The position numbers and the translations under genes were made by a program. Positions 36,206-48,295 of a DNA stretch of 64,000 bases are shown here, piece after piece (position 1 is the first letter of the stretch; every line of letters starts with the position of its first letter). The stretch comes from Octopus sinensis. Its lineage: Eukaryota. The DNA lies in NCBI RefSeq assembly GCF_006345805.1, contig NC_043016.1, positions 14,818,001 to 14,882,000 on the forward strand, in the 5' to 3' direction. The notes under the pieces were generated by a model. It saw nothing but the letters and a program-made list of their open reading frames with translations. It did not search any database and was not told the origin of the DNA.

Positions 36206-37705
36206 GTTTGATTGTTAATAGTATTTTCTCAAAATCACTTTGAAGCAATGTTGTCTGTGAAAGTTATTAATGGAAACATGCAACACAAAATAATTTGTTG
36301 CTGCAATTCAAATGTAACTTTTACAAATCTTCTCCTCTCCTTTGTATAAAGTACCACATAAAAAATATAAATGAAAATAAAAAAAAGATTAAATTGTTGT
36401 TATTGGGTAGCCCTAGATTGAGCAAGGTCAACAGTATTCTAGCCATGATCACCCCTCTTTTTTTGACCCCATTATCCTCCTTTACTTGAAATGATTTGAA
36501 GAAGATTAAGTTGGCATAACAGTAATTTTAAACTGCACTATTGACTTTTCTGAGTTCAAATCATGTGAAGGTATTCTTATCTTTCAAGGTACATAAAATA
36601 AACATTAATAGGGACCTAAAATCGATTTAATCAATATATTCTTTCTAATCAGAATGAAAATATTTGCACCTAGTCATAAGAATCAATATCAATAAAACAT
36701 ACCAGGTCAAAATACTTAACAGAAAATCTTATAGTACAAGATCGCACTGCCCTACTTTTAAACCATACTCAATTATTCATTGACCCTCATTGCTTCAGAG
36801 TTGACAGAATAAATGTTAGTATTATATTAAAGATGATTTAATCGATTTCTATCCAGCACAAAAGGAAAAATCAAAGTAAAATCAGTATTTCTCATTTTAT
36901 TAAAATATAGGGCAGGTTGACCTAAAAAAGCTAGTTTGTTATGAAATTTTATGCATTTTACTTTATATTACTACAGCAGCATTCTGGTTCCTAATTTGCT
37001 AATATATGGTTCCGAAAATAAAACTTCTATTTAAAAAAGCACTTTATATTGCAAAAATATTAAATAAAGTAAAGAAATTTTATTTAACATTTAGTAAAAT
37101 GATTCAAAAAAAGTTATCTACTGATATCATTTTTAGAATATATATATCATTTAGAAAAGAACTACTAATAGTTTTATGCTGTTACATACAATAATTTGTC
37201 TGATTTATATAACATGCAATATGTCTGCGAGCAATTTTTCTGGTTCAGTGCATACCATGTTAGACCTATTTGAAAACCACAATGCTGATCTATGAGAAAA
37301 TAAGAAAAAAAATAAATAATAATAATAATAATAATAAAGGAGGAAAACACCAGAATGTTTATGCAAAATGATGAATGAGAAGAAAGGATAGAAAAGTTAG
37401 AAAACCAAAATCTTCATTCCCTTTGTAGAAATTATAATTAATCTAGCTGATGTAGGAAAATATGATGGAAAAGAGGTCAAAGTCTATGAGGTAGGTATTC
37501 AATCTGGAGAGAATGGTGTCTTCCAGTTTGACAAAAGAAACTTGTCCATATGCTTGCAATTGTTAAAAATTTCAGATTTGTAGTTCTTAGTGTGGTGGAA
37601 TTCCTGGATCTAAAAAGAATATGTGATCTTTCAGCTATGCATAACTTGCATCTTTTTGATCAATTTTTTTTTCTGACATAGACTTCTACACGATATTCTA
37701 TTTGA

Positions 37706-37753
<48 letters not shown>

Positions 37754-37879
37754 AAAAATTAAAATTCAGAAAAGCTATAGAGAATATTTAACAAGTTAAT
37801 CATGATCATGATCATGATGATCATCATCATCATGGCTTTAATTTTCATTTTCACACTCAGATTAGAAACAAAATTTTAC

Positions 37880-37966
37880 CAATTTATTCTTTGAATTGTT
37901 TCCTCCAGATGTTCCTGAAATGACCCAAGGCATTCATCACAATACCAGGTAATGTATTTTGACTTT
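37880..37966 (-). CDS. Candidate internal exon
   Basis: TTTTACAAGTTAG|...TTG|GTAAAA. 87 bp, KSKYITWYCDECLGSFQEHLEETIQRIN (phase 2 to 2). A decayed paralogue lies at ~44640-44780. Confidence 0.3.
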
Positions 37967-38194
37967 CTAACTTGTAAAAGATTTAATGCAACCTGTATGG
38001 GTTGTTGTTTTTTAAATTTTAAACTGATGTTTTGTTTTTCTAACTATTTTCCTCTTACTGGTGTTTTATTGAGACATTCCAATTGTTTTTTGAGTCACAT
38101 TCATCATATGATAGTATTACACATAAGTGCAAAAAAATCACTTCATATACATACACTTACACACAGATACACTCACATACACATATATGTATGG

Positions 38195-38988
38195 AGAGGT
38201 AGACCCAGGAAGACATAGGATGAGGTAGTCAAGCATAACCTCAGAGCGTTGGGCCTCACTGAGGCAATGGCGAAGGACCGAGATCTCTGGAGATATGCTG
38301 TGACTGCAAAGACCCGGGCTGCTTCCTGCACCAGTTCCGCATAGCCCCATCCCATTCAATGTACCCTGGATCCCAGAACGTCCCACTGTGCTTGAGGAGA
38401 CTTGTTGAGTCAAGTACATGAACATGAACATGGAAATAAATATCAATGGAAATAGTAGTTGTGATACCTGTGCCGGTGGCACATAATAAGCACCATCCGA
38501 ACGTGGCCGTAGCCAGCGCCGACTCGACTGGCTTCTGTGCCAGTGGCACATAAAAAGCACCATCCGAACGTGTCCGATGCCAGCACCGCCCCAACTGGCT
38601 TCTGCGCCGGTGGCACATAAAAAGCACCATCCAAACGTGGACGATGCCAGCACCGCCCCGACTAGCTTCTGTGCCAGTGGCACATAAAAAGCACCATCCG
38701 AACGTTGCCGTTGCCAGCACCGCCTTGGCTGGCTTCCGTGCCGGTGGCACGTTAAAAGCTCCAACCGATTGTGACTGATGCCGGACCCCCCTGGCACCTG
38801 TGCAGGTGGCACGTAAAAAGCACCCACTACACTCGCGGAGTGGTTGGCGTTAGGAAGGGCATCCAGCCATAGAAACTCTGCCAGATCAGACTGGATCCTG
38901 GTGCAGCCCTTGGCTTCCCAGACCCCGGTCGAACCATCCAACCCGTGCTAGCGCGGAAAACGGACGTTAAACGATGATGATGATGATA
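38195..38988 (+). mobile_element. RTE LINE 3' end: ORF C-terminus plus full 3'UTR with six hairpin units and (GAT)n
   Basis: RGRPRKT*DEVVKHNLRALGLTEAMAKDRDLWRYAV is contiguous with the GTGCC(G/A)GTGGCACATAAAAAGCACCATCCGAAC array and the tail GGACGTTAAACGATGATG. Confidence 0.92.
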
Positions 38989-39079
38989 TATATATATATA
39001 CACACACACACATATATATATCTATATATCATCATCATCATCAATAATGTTGATGATATATATATGTATATATATTGTC

Positions 39080-39435
39080 TTTTGTCATTTACTTGTTTCA
39101 GTCATGAGACTGTGGCCATGCTGGGGCACTGCTTTGAAGAGTTTTTTAGTCATATAAATCAATCCCGATACTTCTCTTTTTAAGCTTGGTACTTTTTGTA
39201 TTTGTCTCTTTTGTCAAAGTACTAAGATACAGGGACATAAACACACCAACACCAGTTGATACATAGACAGAAACACACACACACACGCACAAACATTATA
39301 CCTATATGATGGGCTTCTTTCAATTTGCATCTACCAAATCCACTCACAAGACTTTGGTTGGCTCGAGGCTAAAGTAGAAGATACTTGCCTAAAGTACTAC
39401 ACAATGGGATTGAACCCGGAACATGGCTGCGCCTA
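39080..39435 (-). mobile_element. SINE family A
   Basis: Reverse-complement copy. Confidence 0.8.
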
Positions 39436-40763
39436 TTAAAGTGATGTACAACCTTGGATTCTTATAAGACTACTTGGTGGGAGCAACAGACAGTTGGGAA
39501 ACTGCTTTTATTCTTCAAATAGCTATGGTTAAAGAGCAATATTCTACAAGGAAACTATTCTTCTTCTATACAGGGTATCTTATCTGATGTTCCACTTTTA
39601 AAATTTGATATTTGCCCTGCAATAAAATCAGAAAGGAAACCGGAAATTAAAAAGATTGAGATAATAAGAACATGAAGCATGAATCAGTCATTTGATTTCC
39701 AAGGTGTAAAGGTTGATTATCTTGTAAAAAAAAAAAATAATGATGGCTCTGTTTTAGCTTCAGAGTTGATGTTAAGCAACCGTAACAGAAGTATGATTAT
39801 CATTCAGACGATTAGGCTTAAATGCCCAAATATTGGCTCATATGTGTGTTTTCCACAAGGGGTCACATGACTTGGTCACGTGCTGGTCAGTCCTTCTAGC
39901 TTTATGTGGGCTATCCTTCCCATCACATGACAGACCAGCTAGCTCGGGCAATTATGTATGTTTGCTGGAGCCCACTAGTAGCTTTAAAAAGAGAAATCTT
40001 GCCCGCTATTCTTCACTGTGGTGGGAAGACGCAGTCAAGTTTGGATCTCAGCAGAGACATGAGTTATTCAGCAAAGAGATTTGATGTGCTGTTACATTCT
40101 GTAACAAGGTCCAAGTTCCAGCTGCATGAGAAACCAACATGTATATATTTTCTGATCAAATCATTGAAGATGTACCAATTTTGCTGTACTTTCAATTAAG
40201 CATTTGAAAAAGGTGTGGCAGTCAATTACAACTCTTATCCTTGTACTTTCCTTCCACTGTTATCCCTGACTCATTTGGAACCAGGAATTTATAATGTTAC
40301 CAGGGCCAGAGCCATGATACTTCAACTCTTAAACAACAATGGAAAGTTGATACCTAAAATTTAAAAAGAGATTTTATTTCATAATGCAATTCCTGAGCAA
40401 TATCATCATTGAATAAATGCTTGTAAGAGAGTGTCTGTAACTTGATCCAGAATTAATAATATATCAACGAATTTCATTTGATTTTTTTTTCAGTTCTCTC
40501 TCTCTTCTCTCTCTCACACACACACACAAACACACACACACACACACATGGAAACTTGCACACATACATAAGTATACTAATATCTGTTTTTAGGTATATA
40601 TTTTAAGTATATCAAATAGTAAAACACTAAAAGGAATACTTTGTACATTTAAACAGAGTTTCAAAAATGACTTCATAGTCATTTGTCTCCACTGGCTTCA
40701 TCAGACAGTCTCATGAAACAAATGGAAGTGAAACTTTCAAATCACTGTCAACCATTCCCTCAA

Positions 40764-40814
<51 letters not shown>

Positions 40815-40816
<2 letters not shown>

Positions 40817-41680
40817 GCAGTCAAGAAATTGTCATCTAAATTACGCAAAAATGAAAATAACACTGACATTTCATTTTAACAGATATATTTACCAAAATTA
40901 CATAAAAATATCTTGAAATACTAAAGAGTAAATTTATTCAATAAAATCGCCATTGGCTTCAACCACGGCCTCCAGATGACTTCGGAATTTCCTGCAACTC
41001 TTCTGGACGGTCTCTTTGTTTAAGTTGGTGAATGCTGCCATAATCCTTGCCTTCAGGTTATTTTTGGTGTTACAAGGAGTTTTGTTAGTGCCCCGCTCAA
41101 CTGCGCCCCACACATCAAGGGTGTTGCAATCTGGGGAGCAAGGTGGCCAGGTGTTAGAGGGTGATGTGGTCGCAGAAATTGTCTGACAACCACGACTCTG
41201 TTCTCCAGCTTGTGTGGCATGGTGCAGAGTCCTGTTGCCAGGCATAGGATCTTCCAGCAGCCACCCTCTTCAGATAGGGCAGCCCTACTTCCTCCAGGCA
41301 CTTAATGTAGGCCCCTGTTTTGAGTGTGACACCATTTGGGAAGATGAATGGAGGCATAACGTCACCATAACTAATGATCACTCGAAACACCATGATGTTG
41401 ACTAGATGTTTGATTTTTATAACTCTTGGTACATATCCTCAGATTGACACCCAAACACTCTGAAATGTTCATATTGGAGCTTCCAGAGCAAATGCCAAGC
41501 AGTACAGCATATCATTTTCAAATTTCCGGCAGAGTGAATTATGTCATGGTGCTGTTTTATGATAGATGATGCCCAACTGTCCCTACTATACTGTGCAGTC
41601 AACAAAATCAAAAACAAACAATGCACATGCATGAAATAAATATATAAAATGGCGATAATTTACCCATCACAACCTGTATA
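40815..41680 (-). mobile_element. Degenerate Tc1/mariner (DD37D/maT-like) transposon
   Basis: GDVMPPFIFP...VAAGRSYAWQQDSAPCHTS...WPPCSPDCN..VWGAVE...LEAVVEANGDFIE*. 5' end TATACAGGTTGTGATGGGTAA. Same family as 22813-24240. Confidence 0.9.
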
Positions 41681-41714
41681 AGTATCTATATGTATACCGC
41701 AACTATATGTATAT

Positions 41715-42000
41715 ATCCGAACATGGCCGTTGGCAGCACCGCCCCGACTGGCCTCTGTGCTGGTGACACGTAAAAAGCACCATCCAATCGTGGCCGTTGC
41801 CAGCCTCGCCTGGCACCTGTGCCGGTGGCATGTAAAAAGCACCCACTACACTCACGGAGTGGTTGGCGTTAGGAAGGGCATCCAGCCATAGAAACATTGC
41901 CAGATCAGACTGGGCCTGGTGCAGCCTTCTGGCTTCCCAGACTGCAGTTGAACCGTCCAACCCATGCTAGCATGGAAAGCGGACGCTAAACGATGATGAT
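41715..42000 (+). mobile_element. RTE 3'UTR with hairpin units
   Basis: Family homology, with (GAT)n tail. Confidence 0.9.
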
Positions 42001-42142
42001 ATATATATATACTCACAATGAGGATATTTAAACCTCTTATAGGGATATTTTTATACAAGGTACAGTGATTTAATATAATATATTTTAAAGAAATATTTCT
42101 TCAGTGAATATATTATATAGAATATCATGAAATATCAAATAT

Positions 42143-42390
42143 TATTATCGAGTTAGAAAACAGAGAGGTCTAATGGATAGAAATTAACTTATTAATCAAT
42201 AAACATATTCACATACAACTGTTTCATTTCACAAAATCATCTTCTATACAAGGTATTTAAAATGCAAAATTATATATTTGTATACATTTTGTAATTTTAA
42301 TTTTGGTTGTGAAATGAAACAATTGTAGGTGAATGTGTTGATTAATTAATAAACTAATTTGTATCCATTAGCTCTCTCTGTTTTCTAACT
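42143..42390. mobile_element. MITE-like palindrome (~90 bp arms), TA-flanked
   Basis: ATCGAGTTAGAAAACAGAGAG...CATTTCACAA is inverted as TTGTGAAATG...CTCTCTGTTTTCTAACTTGAT. Confidence 0.8.
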
Positions 42391-42392
42391 TG

Positions 42393-42476
<84 letters not shown>

Positions 42477-42904
42477 GCATAGGTCTGTATGTATGTCTGT
42501 GTCTGACCATGGGCTTCAGTACAGTTTTCAACCAAATTCAATTCACAAGCAATGGTTACCTATGGCTATGGTAGATGACACCTGGGGTCAAACCTGAAGC
42601 CATGAAGTTGCAAAGCAGGTGTCTTAACCACACGGCCATCCATGTGGCTGATATAGAACCAATTATTTATGCATGTTAGATTTTTGTTGCAGCAGTCAAC
42701 AGAAGCCTGGAAGCTAAAACCCTCTTATTAATCTTTTCTGAGAAACCAGGCTCCTAATATTTTCTCAACTGTCTCTTTTCAGTTTCATCTATTTTCTAGG
42801 TATTCAAAAGTTGCAAGCTCTGAAGTTGTTTAACAGGATCAAAATGTTTAAAAAGAGAGAAAAAAGAAACAAAACCAATGTAAAACTGTAAATACAATAT
42901 TTTT

Positions 42905-43137
42905 TTTTTTCTTTATTGCCCACAAGGGGCTAAACATAGAGGGGACAAACAAGGACAGACAAAGGGGTTAAGTCAATTACATCGACCCCAGTGTGTAACT
43001 GGTTCTTAATTTATTGACCCCGAAAGGACGAAAGGCAAAGTCGACCTTGGCGGAATTTGAACTCAGAACGTAATGGCAGATGAAATGCCGCTAAGCATTT
43101 CGCCCGGTGTGCTAACCTTTCTGCCAGCTCGCCGCCT
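42905..43137 (-). mobile_element. SINE family B, near full length and young
   Basis: Minus strand: AGGCGGCGAGCTGGCAGAAAGGTTAGCAC...GAGTTCAAATTCCGCC...GCCTTTCGTCCTTTCGGGGTCAATAAATTAAG...GGGCAATAAAG. Confidence 0.92.
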
Positions 43138-43242
43138 GTAAATACAATATTAATTATAGAGTCAGTAGTCTTGTATGCTTTTGATATATTAAAATTATTG
43201 CTCTGGAATAAAGTAAAGTATGACTCTATCTTTATTGTATAT

Positions 43243-43915
43243 TTAACCCCTTTAGCATTTAAACTGGCCATATCCAACTCAAATATTCCACCTATTTTAT
43301 GATGAAATTGACCAGATCTGACTTCTCATACCTACCATGCAGTGTCCTTCCAAAAGTAGATTATCACACCATTGAAATCCTGTAGTCATGAGATAATACA
43401 TAATTAATTTAAAATATTGTGACTAAATAAGGATTAGATTTGACAAAGTAATCTGGATGCTAAAGGGTTAACCATTCAGCATTTAAACCTGCTATATTGG
43501 GCTCAGATATTCTATCCATTTTGACACTGATACTGGCCATGTGCAGCCTCTCAAACCTACCCTACAGTGTAATTCTAAAAATAAACAATCACCTCATTGA
43601 AACCTCTAAGTGATGAGATAATGCATGATTAATACAGAATAATGTGAATAGTTAGGCATTATATTTGAAAGTAATCTGGATGCTAAATGGTTAAAGCAGA
43701 GGCTAAATGGGTTAATCCAGCCCAAATATACTACCTGTTATATATTTTAGCTGGTGAGCTATGGCCTCTCACACTTACCCTACAATGTCATTCTAAAAAT
43801 AAACAATCACATAATTAAATTCTCAAGCTGCAAGGTAATTCATGATTAATTTTAAAACAATGTGAATAAATAAGCTTTACATTTGACACATTAATCTAAA
43901 TGCTAAAGGGTTAAA
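43243..43915 (+). mobile_element. Tandem array of three ~225 bp piggyBac-type MITEs
   Basis: Units bounded by TTAA-CC(C/A)TT(T/C)AGCA...TGCTAAA(G/T)GG-TTAA. Units 1 and 2 share one TTAA. Confidence 0.8.
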
Positions 43916-44867
43916 ATAAATTTAGTGGTGTGGGGTTTTGAAAATTTGATGTGTCCTAACTTGAGATTTTTGAAAATCTATCTGCCATCTTCTCAGGGGC
44001 TGGCAAGAAGTTGCTTGATCATTATATATGAGTAAAATTATCATTTGAACCTGCTGCAATTATTAATACCTTAATTTGGCAAGAATTGTCAAAGAAAGCT
44101 GCTTTTGTTGCATAGCATCAGGTCAGCCCTGATGAGGCAAACTTATGATCAAAGACACTCTAGAAATGACCATCTCATCATTTCAGACAGTTTATCTTGG
44201 ATTACATTATCCAATGTATTATCTAATGTAATAATAGAGAAATTTAGTTGCCATTTCTAGCAAAACAACAGATCGTGTATGGGCTGGCTCCCTCAGTGAC
44301 TCAAGTCAGTGGTTCCCTGACTGGTGCATGAAGGGAAGGATATTTATGATAAAAGGACAAGTCAACTGCTTCTTGATCAAGAAAACCCTCATTACTTTCT
44401 TCTGTTTAAACCTACAGGATATTTAATAAATTATATCTTTAAAGTCATTTTTATTGTGATGACCATCACCAATCAACATGATCATCATCGTATGGTCATC
44501 ACCATGACCATCATCATCACCATGACCATCATCATCACCATGACCATCATCATCACCACTATCATCATCATTATCTTTGCCACTATTAATCCTGGTTTTA
44601 ATTGCCATTTTTACGTTTGGATTAGAAACAAAATTTCACCAATTTATTCTTTGACTTGTTTCCAAAAAAAGTAAGTACCCCCCCGCCCCGTCCCTCCACA
44701 CCTCTGGAAAGTTCCTGAATCCTCTCTCAACATGCAACTACAGTATACAGCGGAATTTATTTTGAGTTTGAATATCATCTGATCAAGCGATCTGATCTAA
44801 TCTGTATATTTATCTGATTCATTTTACATCAATATTTTACTTTATTTTTAAACAATTTTCCTTTCAC

Positions 44868-44918
44868 TGATGTTTCACCAAGACATTCCAATTACTTTTT
44901 TGAGTCTCATTCCAAGCC
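44868..44918 (-). CDS. Candidate internal exon
   Basis: TTGTTTTTATTTCTACAAG|...CA|GTGAAA. 51 bp, AWNETQKSNWNVLVKH (phase 2 to 2). The donor is weak. Confidence 0.25.
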
Positions 44919-45568
44919 CTTGTAGAAATAAAAACAAGTTATATTCTACCGGTTTGATTTGCTATTTTGATCAACAGAAAGAAATGGTTCACAGAAGAGA
45001 AAAGTTATTAAATCTGTCCCCCACCCCACCCACCTACAAGCATAGATTTTCACTAAAATGTGGTAAATGTAAATTTACATTTATACTTTCTTAAGTATCT
45101 AAATTTATTACGTTAGAACTCAAAATATTTCAAATACAGTAAAAATTAAGAAAATAGGTCAGAGTGACCTTTATTTTAAAAATTATATGAACATTGTTTC
45201 TAAGCTTGGTTCAAAGCTTCCAAAATTTTGCTGAGGCTATGCAATGATTGGTATTTTATTTTATCGAACTCCCTAAGAATCGAAGACAGTTTTGCTGGTG
45301 CTGGTGGGATTTGAAATTAAAGCATATTAACTTAAACTCAAGCTCTGATTTTTGAAACAGGATTTGATCTCAGTTGGGTTTTAAATATCTAAACCTATGG
45401 TAAATTGACAAAAACTTGATCTGGATGGTCAGTCATTAGAATATTTAGCATTAAAGAATATTTATTTTAGCATTACATTTTAAACATTTACTATTATTCT
45501 TCTATTTTAGTTAATTTCTTTTTCCCTACTGGCTTACATTGAGAATTCAAAAATAAAACTTGGCTTAC

Positions 45569-45627
45569 CTTACAGTGAACCCTTTCTTCAAAGTAAAAAT
45601 CGAAAATATATGGTCTTTACATAATTT
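45569..45627 (-). CDS. Candidate internal exon
   Basis: GATTTTGTTTTGCAG|...AAG|GTAAGC, both strong sites. Only one frame is open: KLCKDHIFSIFTLKKGFTV (phase 0 to 2). Confidence 0.4.
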
Positions 45628-46020
45628 CTGCAAAACAAAATCCCAAACTGTGTGCTTTTATTTTGTAAGAATTCTTTCAGACTTATCCAAGTCCATTTCA
45701 ATTATGCTGGATATTCTTGCAATTTCAAACTATTGTATAAGTTGATAAAACTAAATGTCTTTCTAAAGACAAGTCAATCATATATGAAAATAATAACCAC
45801 ACACGCTGCCTTCATCATATAATTTGAAGCCAAAATAATTAATTAGCTTGCCAGTCAATTATTTTAGTGAAGTTTCAAAACCTAGTTCAGCTAATTTTTC
45901 CTCTCAATGATCAGCCATTGATTAAAATTGGCAGGAAGTCATAGACCTAATCTACAATTCTTCTTAAGAGTTTGAATAGAAACAGGAAATTTTGGATTTT
46001 TCTAAATATATATTTATAAA

Positions 46021-46377
46021 ATTTGATTATATACTATATCAGTTTATAAATAGGCTGACTTTATGCTGGCATGTGATAATCGGTGCCAGAAAAGGTTGGC
46101 TTTAGGAAGGACATCCAGCAAAAGAAAAGAAATGCCAAAACTGGAGCATACAAGACTTAGTCCCCTGACTTAACAAGTCATGACGATGATGACGACGATG
46201 ATGATGATTGATATATATATAAGAGTTACGGAATGGAATAGATAAGATCCGGGTTACATATGTTTCATAGCGAGTGGAACCTCAGAAGTGGTAAATATCC
46301 GAGTGAGGTGTATTCCGCAGGCTACTCTTCAAGCCAAGGATATCTTGATAAAATGAAAGTTTACATTGTCACAAGAA
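46021..46377 (+). repeat. Left arm of a 357 bp near-perfect inverted duplication
   Basis: Reverse complement of 47939-48295 with one mismatch seen by eye. Confidence 0.95.
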
Positions 46378-46900
46378 GGTAAATGTTTACACATGGAAGA
46401 TTCAATCACTTAGATATTTACCACATATGAGGTTCCACTTGCCACGAAACATATGTTGCCTGGATCTTATCTACTCCATTCCTTAACTTTTGTATTCTTA
46501 TTTGCATAGCTCACAACCCTGGTCACCTACCATGAAATACAAAAGAAATTTTTTCAGTTTTTCATATTTCGATACAAAAAAATCCACAACCTTTCCAATC
46601 TAATTGAATCTTCCATTTGTAAACATGTACCGCCATGCGACAATATAAAGTTTCATTTAATCAAGATATTCTTGGCCTGAAGAGAACCCTGTGGTATACA
46701 CCTTGCTTGGATATTTACCACTTTCAAGGTTCTGCTTGCTATGAAACTTATGTAGCCCAGATCTTATTTACTCCATTCCATAACTAATATTCTTAATCAC
46801 ATACTCAGCAACCCGGGTTGCCTACCATGAAATATAAAAAGAACTTTTTCAGTTTATTGTACATTGATATACAAAAAACCCACACCCTTCCATCACAGTA
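46220..46900. mobile_element. Hammerhead-bearing ~300 bp repeat: one inverted copy plus partial and full tandem copies (pseudo-LTR/retrozyme-like)
   Basis: Inverted unit 46220-46410, partial unit 46408-46590, full unit 46595-46900. Predicted cleavage sites at 46457 and 46754 are 297 nt apart. Confidence 0.7.
46674..46757 (+). ncRNA. Type-I hammerhead ribozyme motif with long stem II insert
   Basis: GGC-CUGAAGA-GAACC...GCUAU-GAAA-C-uuau-G-U-A-GCC. Core and stem I are intact. Stem II is weakened here but is GUAGC/GCUAU in the sister copies at 46252-46335 (-) and 47981-48064 (+), which instead carry C3>U. Confidence 0.6.
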
Positions 46901-46919
46901 AACCACTGCTGACCTGGAA

Positions 46920-47280
46920 AGTTTATCATCATCATTTAATGTCCACTTTCCATGCTGGTATAGGTTGGATGGCTTGACTGAGGACTGGCAAGCCAGAAGG
47001 TCGCACCAGGCTTCAATCTGATCTGGCAAGGTTTCTACAGCTGGATGCCCTTCCTAACGCCAACCACTCCTAGAGTATAGTGGGTGCTTTTTACATGCCA
47101 CCAGTATAGGGACCAGTTAGGTGGTACTGGCATTGACCATGCTAGAATGGTGCTTTTTATGTGTCACTGGCACGAGAGCCAGTCAGGTAGCACTGGCAAT
47201 AACCAGATTTAAATGGTGCTTTTTATATGCCACTGGAAAAGGTGCCAGTCAGGCGGTACTGGCATTGGATTGCTTGAAGC
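46920..47280 (-). mobile_element. RTE 3'UTR with hairpin units
   Basis: Family homology. Confidence 0.85.
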
Positions 47281-47337
47281 TAACTTCCTTCCTACACCTT
47301 GATCCCTGGATCTTATATTTATATATATATATATATA

Positions 47338-47640
47338 TGGAGGAGCAATGGCCCAGTGGTTAGGGCAGTGGACTCGCGGTCATAGGATCGCGGTTTCGAT
47401 TCCCAGACCGGGTGTTGTGAGTGTTTATTGAGCAAAAACACCTAAAAGCTCCACGAGGCTCCGGCAGGGGGTGGTGATCCCTGCTGTACTCTTTCACCAC
47501 TCTTTCTTCTGTTGGCCTGCTCGCTTAGCCAGCGGGGTGGCGTCATTCGAAGGCTAAAACAATGCGAACGCATTGTGACCAGCGATGTAACTACATCTGA
47601 TGGACTGGTCGGTCACGTGATATATCACGTGATCACATGA
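47338..47640 (+). mobile_element. tRNA-derived SINE family D, young
   Basis: A box TGGCCCAGTGG, B box GGTTTCGATTCC, CpG-rich body, and (CACGTGAT)-like repeated tail. Confidence 0.85.
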
Positions 47641-47679
47641 TATATATATACACACACACACACATACATAATCACTGTC

Positions 47680-47938
47680 ATCATCATCATCATTTAACGT
47701 CTGTTTTCCATGCTGGCATGGGTTAGATGGTTCGACTGGGGTCTGGGAAGCCAGGAGGCTACACCAGGCTCGAATCTTATCTGGCAGTGTTTCTACAGCT
47801 GGATGCCCATCCTAACACCAACCACTCCAAGAGTGTAGTGGGTGCTTTTTTATGTGACATCATCACAGGGACCAGAGGGGCTGGCATTGACCATGTTTGG
47901 ATGGTGCTTTTTATGTGCCACTGGAACGGGGATCACAA
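47680..47938 (-). mobile_element. RTE 3'UTR, cut at the inverted-duplication breakpoint
   Basis: Family homology ends at about 47938. Confidence 0.85.
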
Positions 47939-48295
47939 TTCTTGTGACAATGTAAACTTTCATTTAATCAAGATATCCTTGGCTTGAAGAGTAGCCTGCG
48001 GAATACACCTCACTCGGATATTTACCACTTCTGAGGTTCCACTCGCTATGAAACATATGTAACCCGGATCTTATCTATTCCATTCCGTAACTCTTATATA
48101 TATATCAATCATCATCATCGTCGTCATCATCGTCATGACTTGTTAAGTCAGGGGACTAAGTCTTGTATGCTCCAGTTTTGGCATTTCTTTTCTTTTGCTG
48201 GATGTCCTTCCTAAAGCCAACCTTTTCTGGCACCGATTATCACATGCCAGCATAAAGTCAGCCTATTTATAAACTGATATAGTATATAATCAAAT
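47939..48295 (-). repeat. Right arm of the 357 bp inverted duplication
   Basis: See 46021-46377. Confidence 0.95.

Noticed and set aside
37429-37948. Plus-strand exon candidates 37429-37491 (IIINLADVGKYDGKEVKVYE) and 37909-37948
   Set aside because: The splice sites are good, but the phases do not join and the second overlaps the minus-strand candidate. Unresolved without RNA data, so not reported as features.
40660-40715. CTGATGA motifs at ~40700 (-) and ~44130 (+)
   Set aside because: No downstream GAAA in a foldable position.
42143-42390. Hammerhead in this MITE-like palindrome (GAAACAATTGTA present)
   Set aside because: The upstream core reads ATAGAAGA, not CTGANGA, and stem I/II pairing is not evident.
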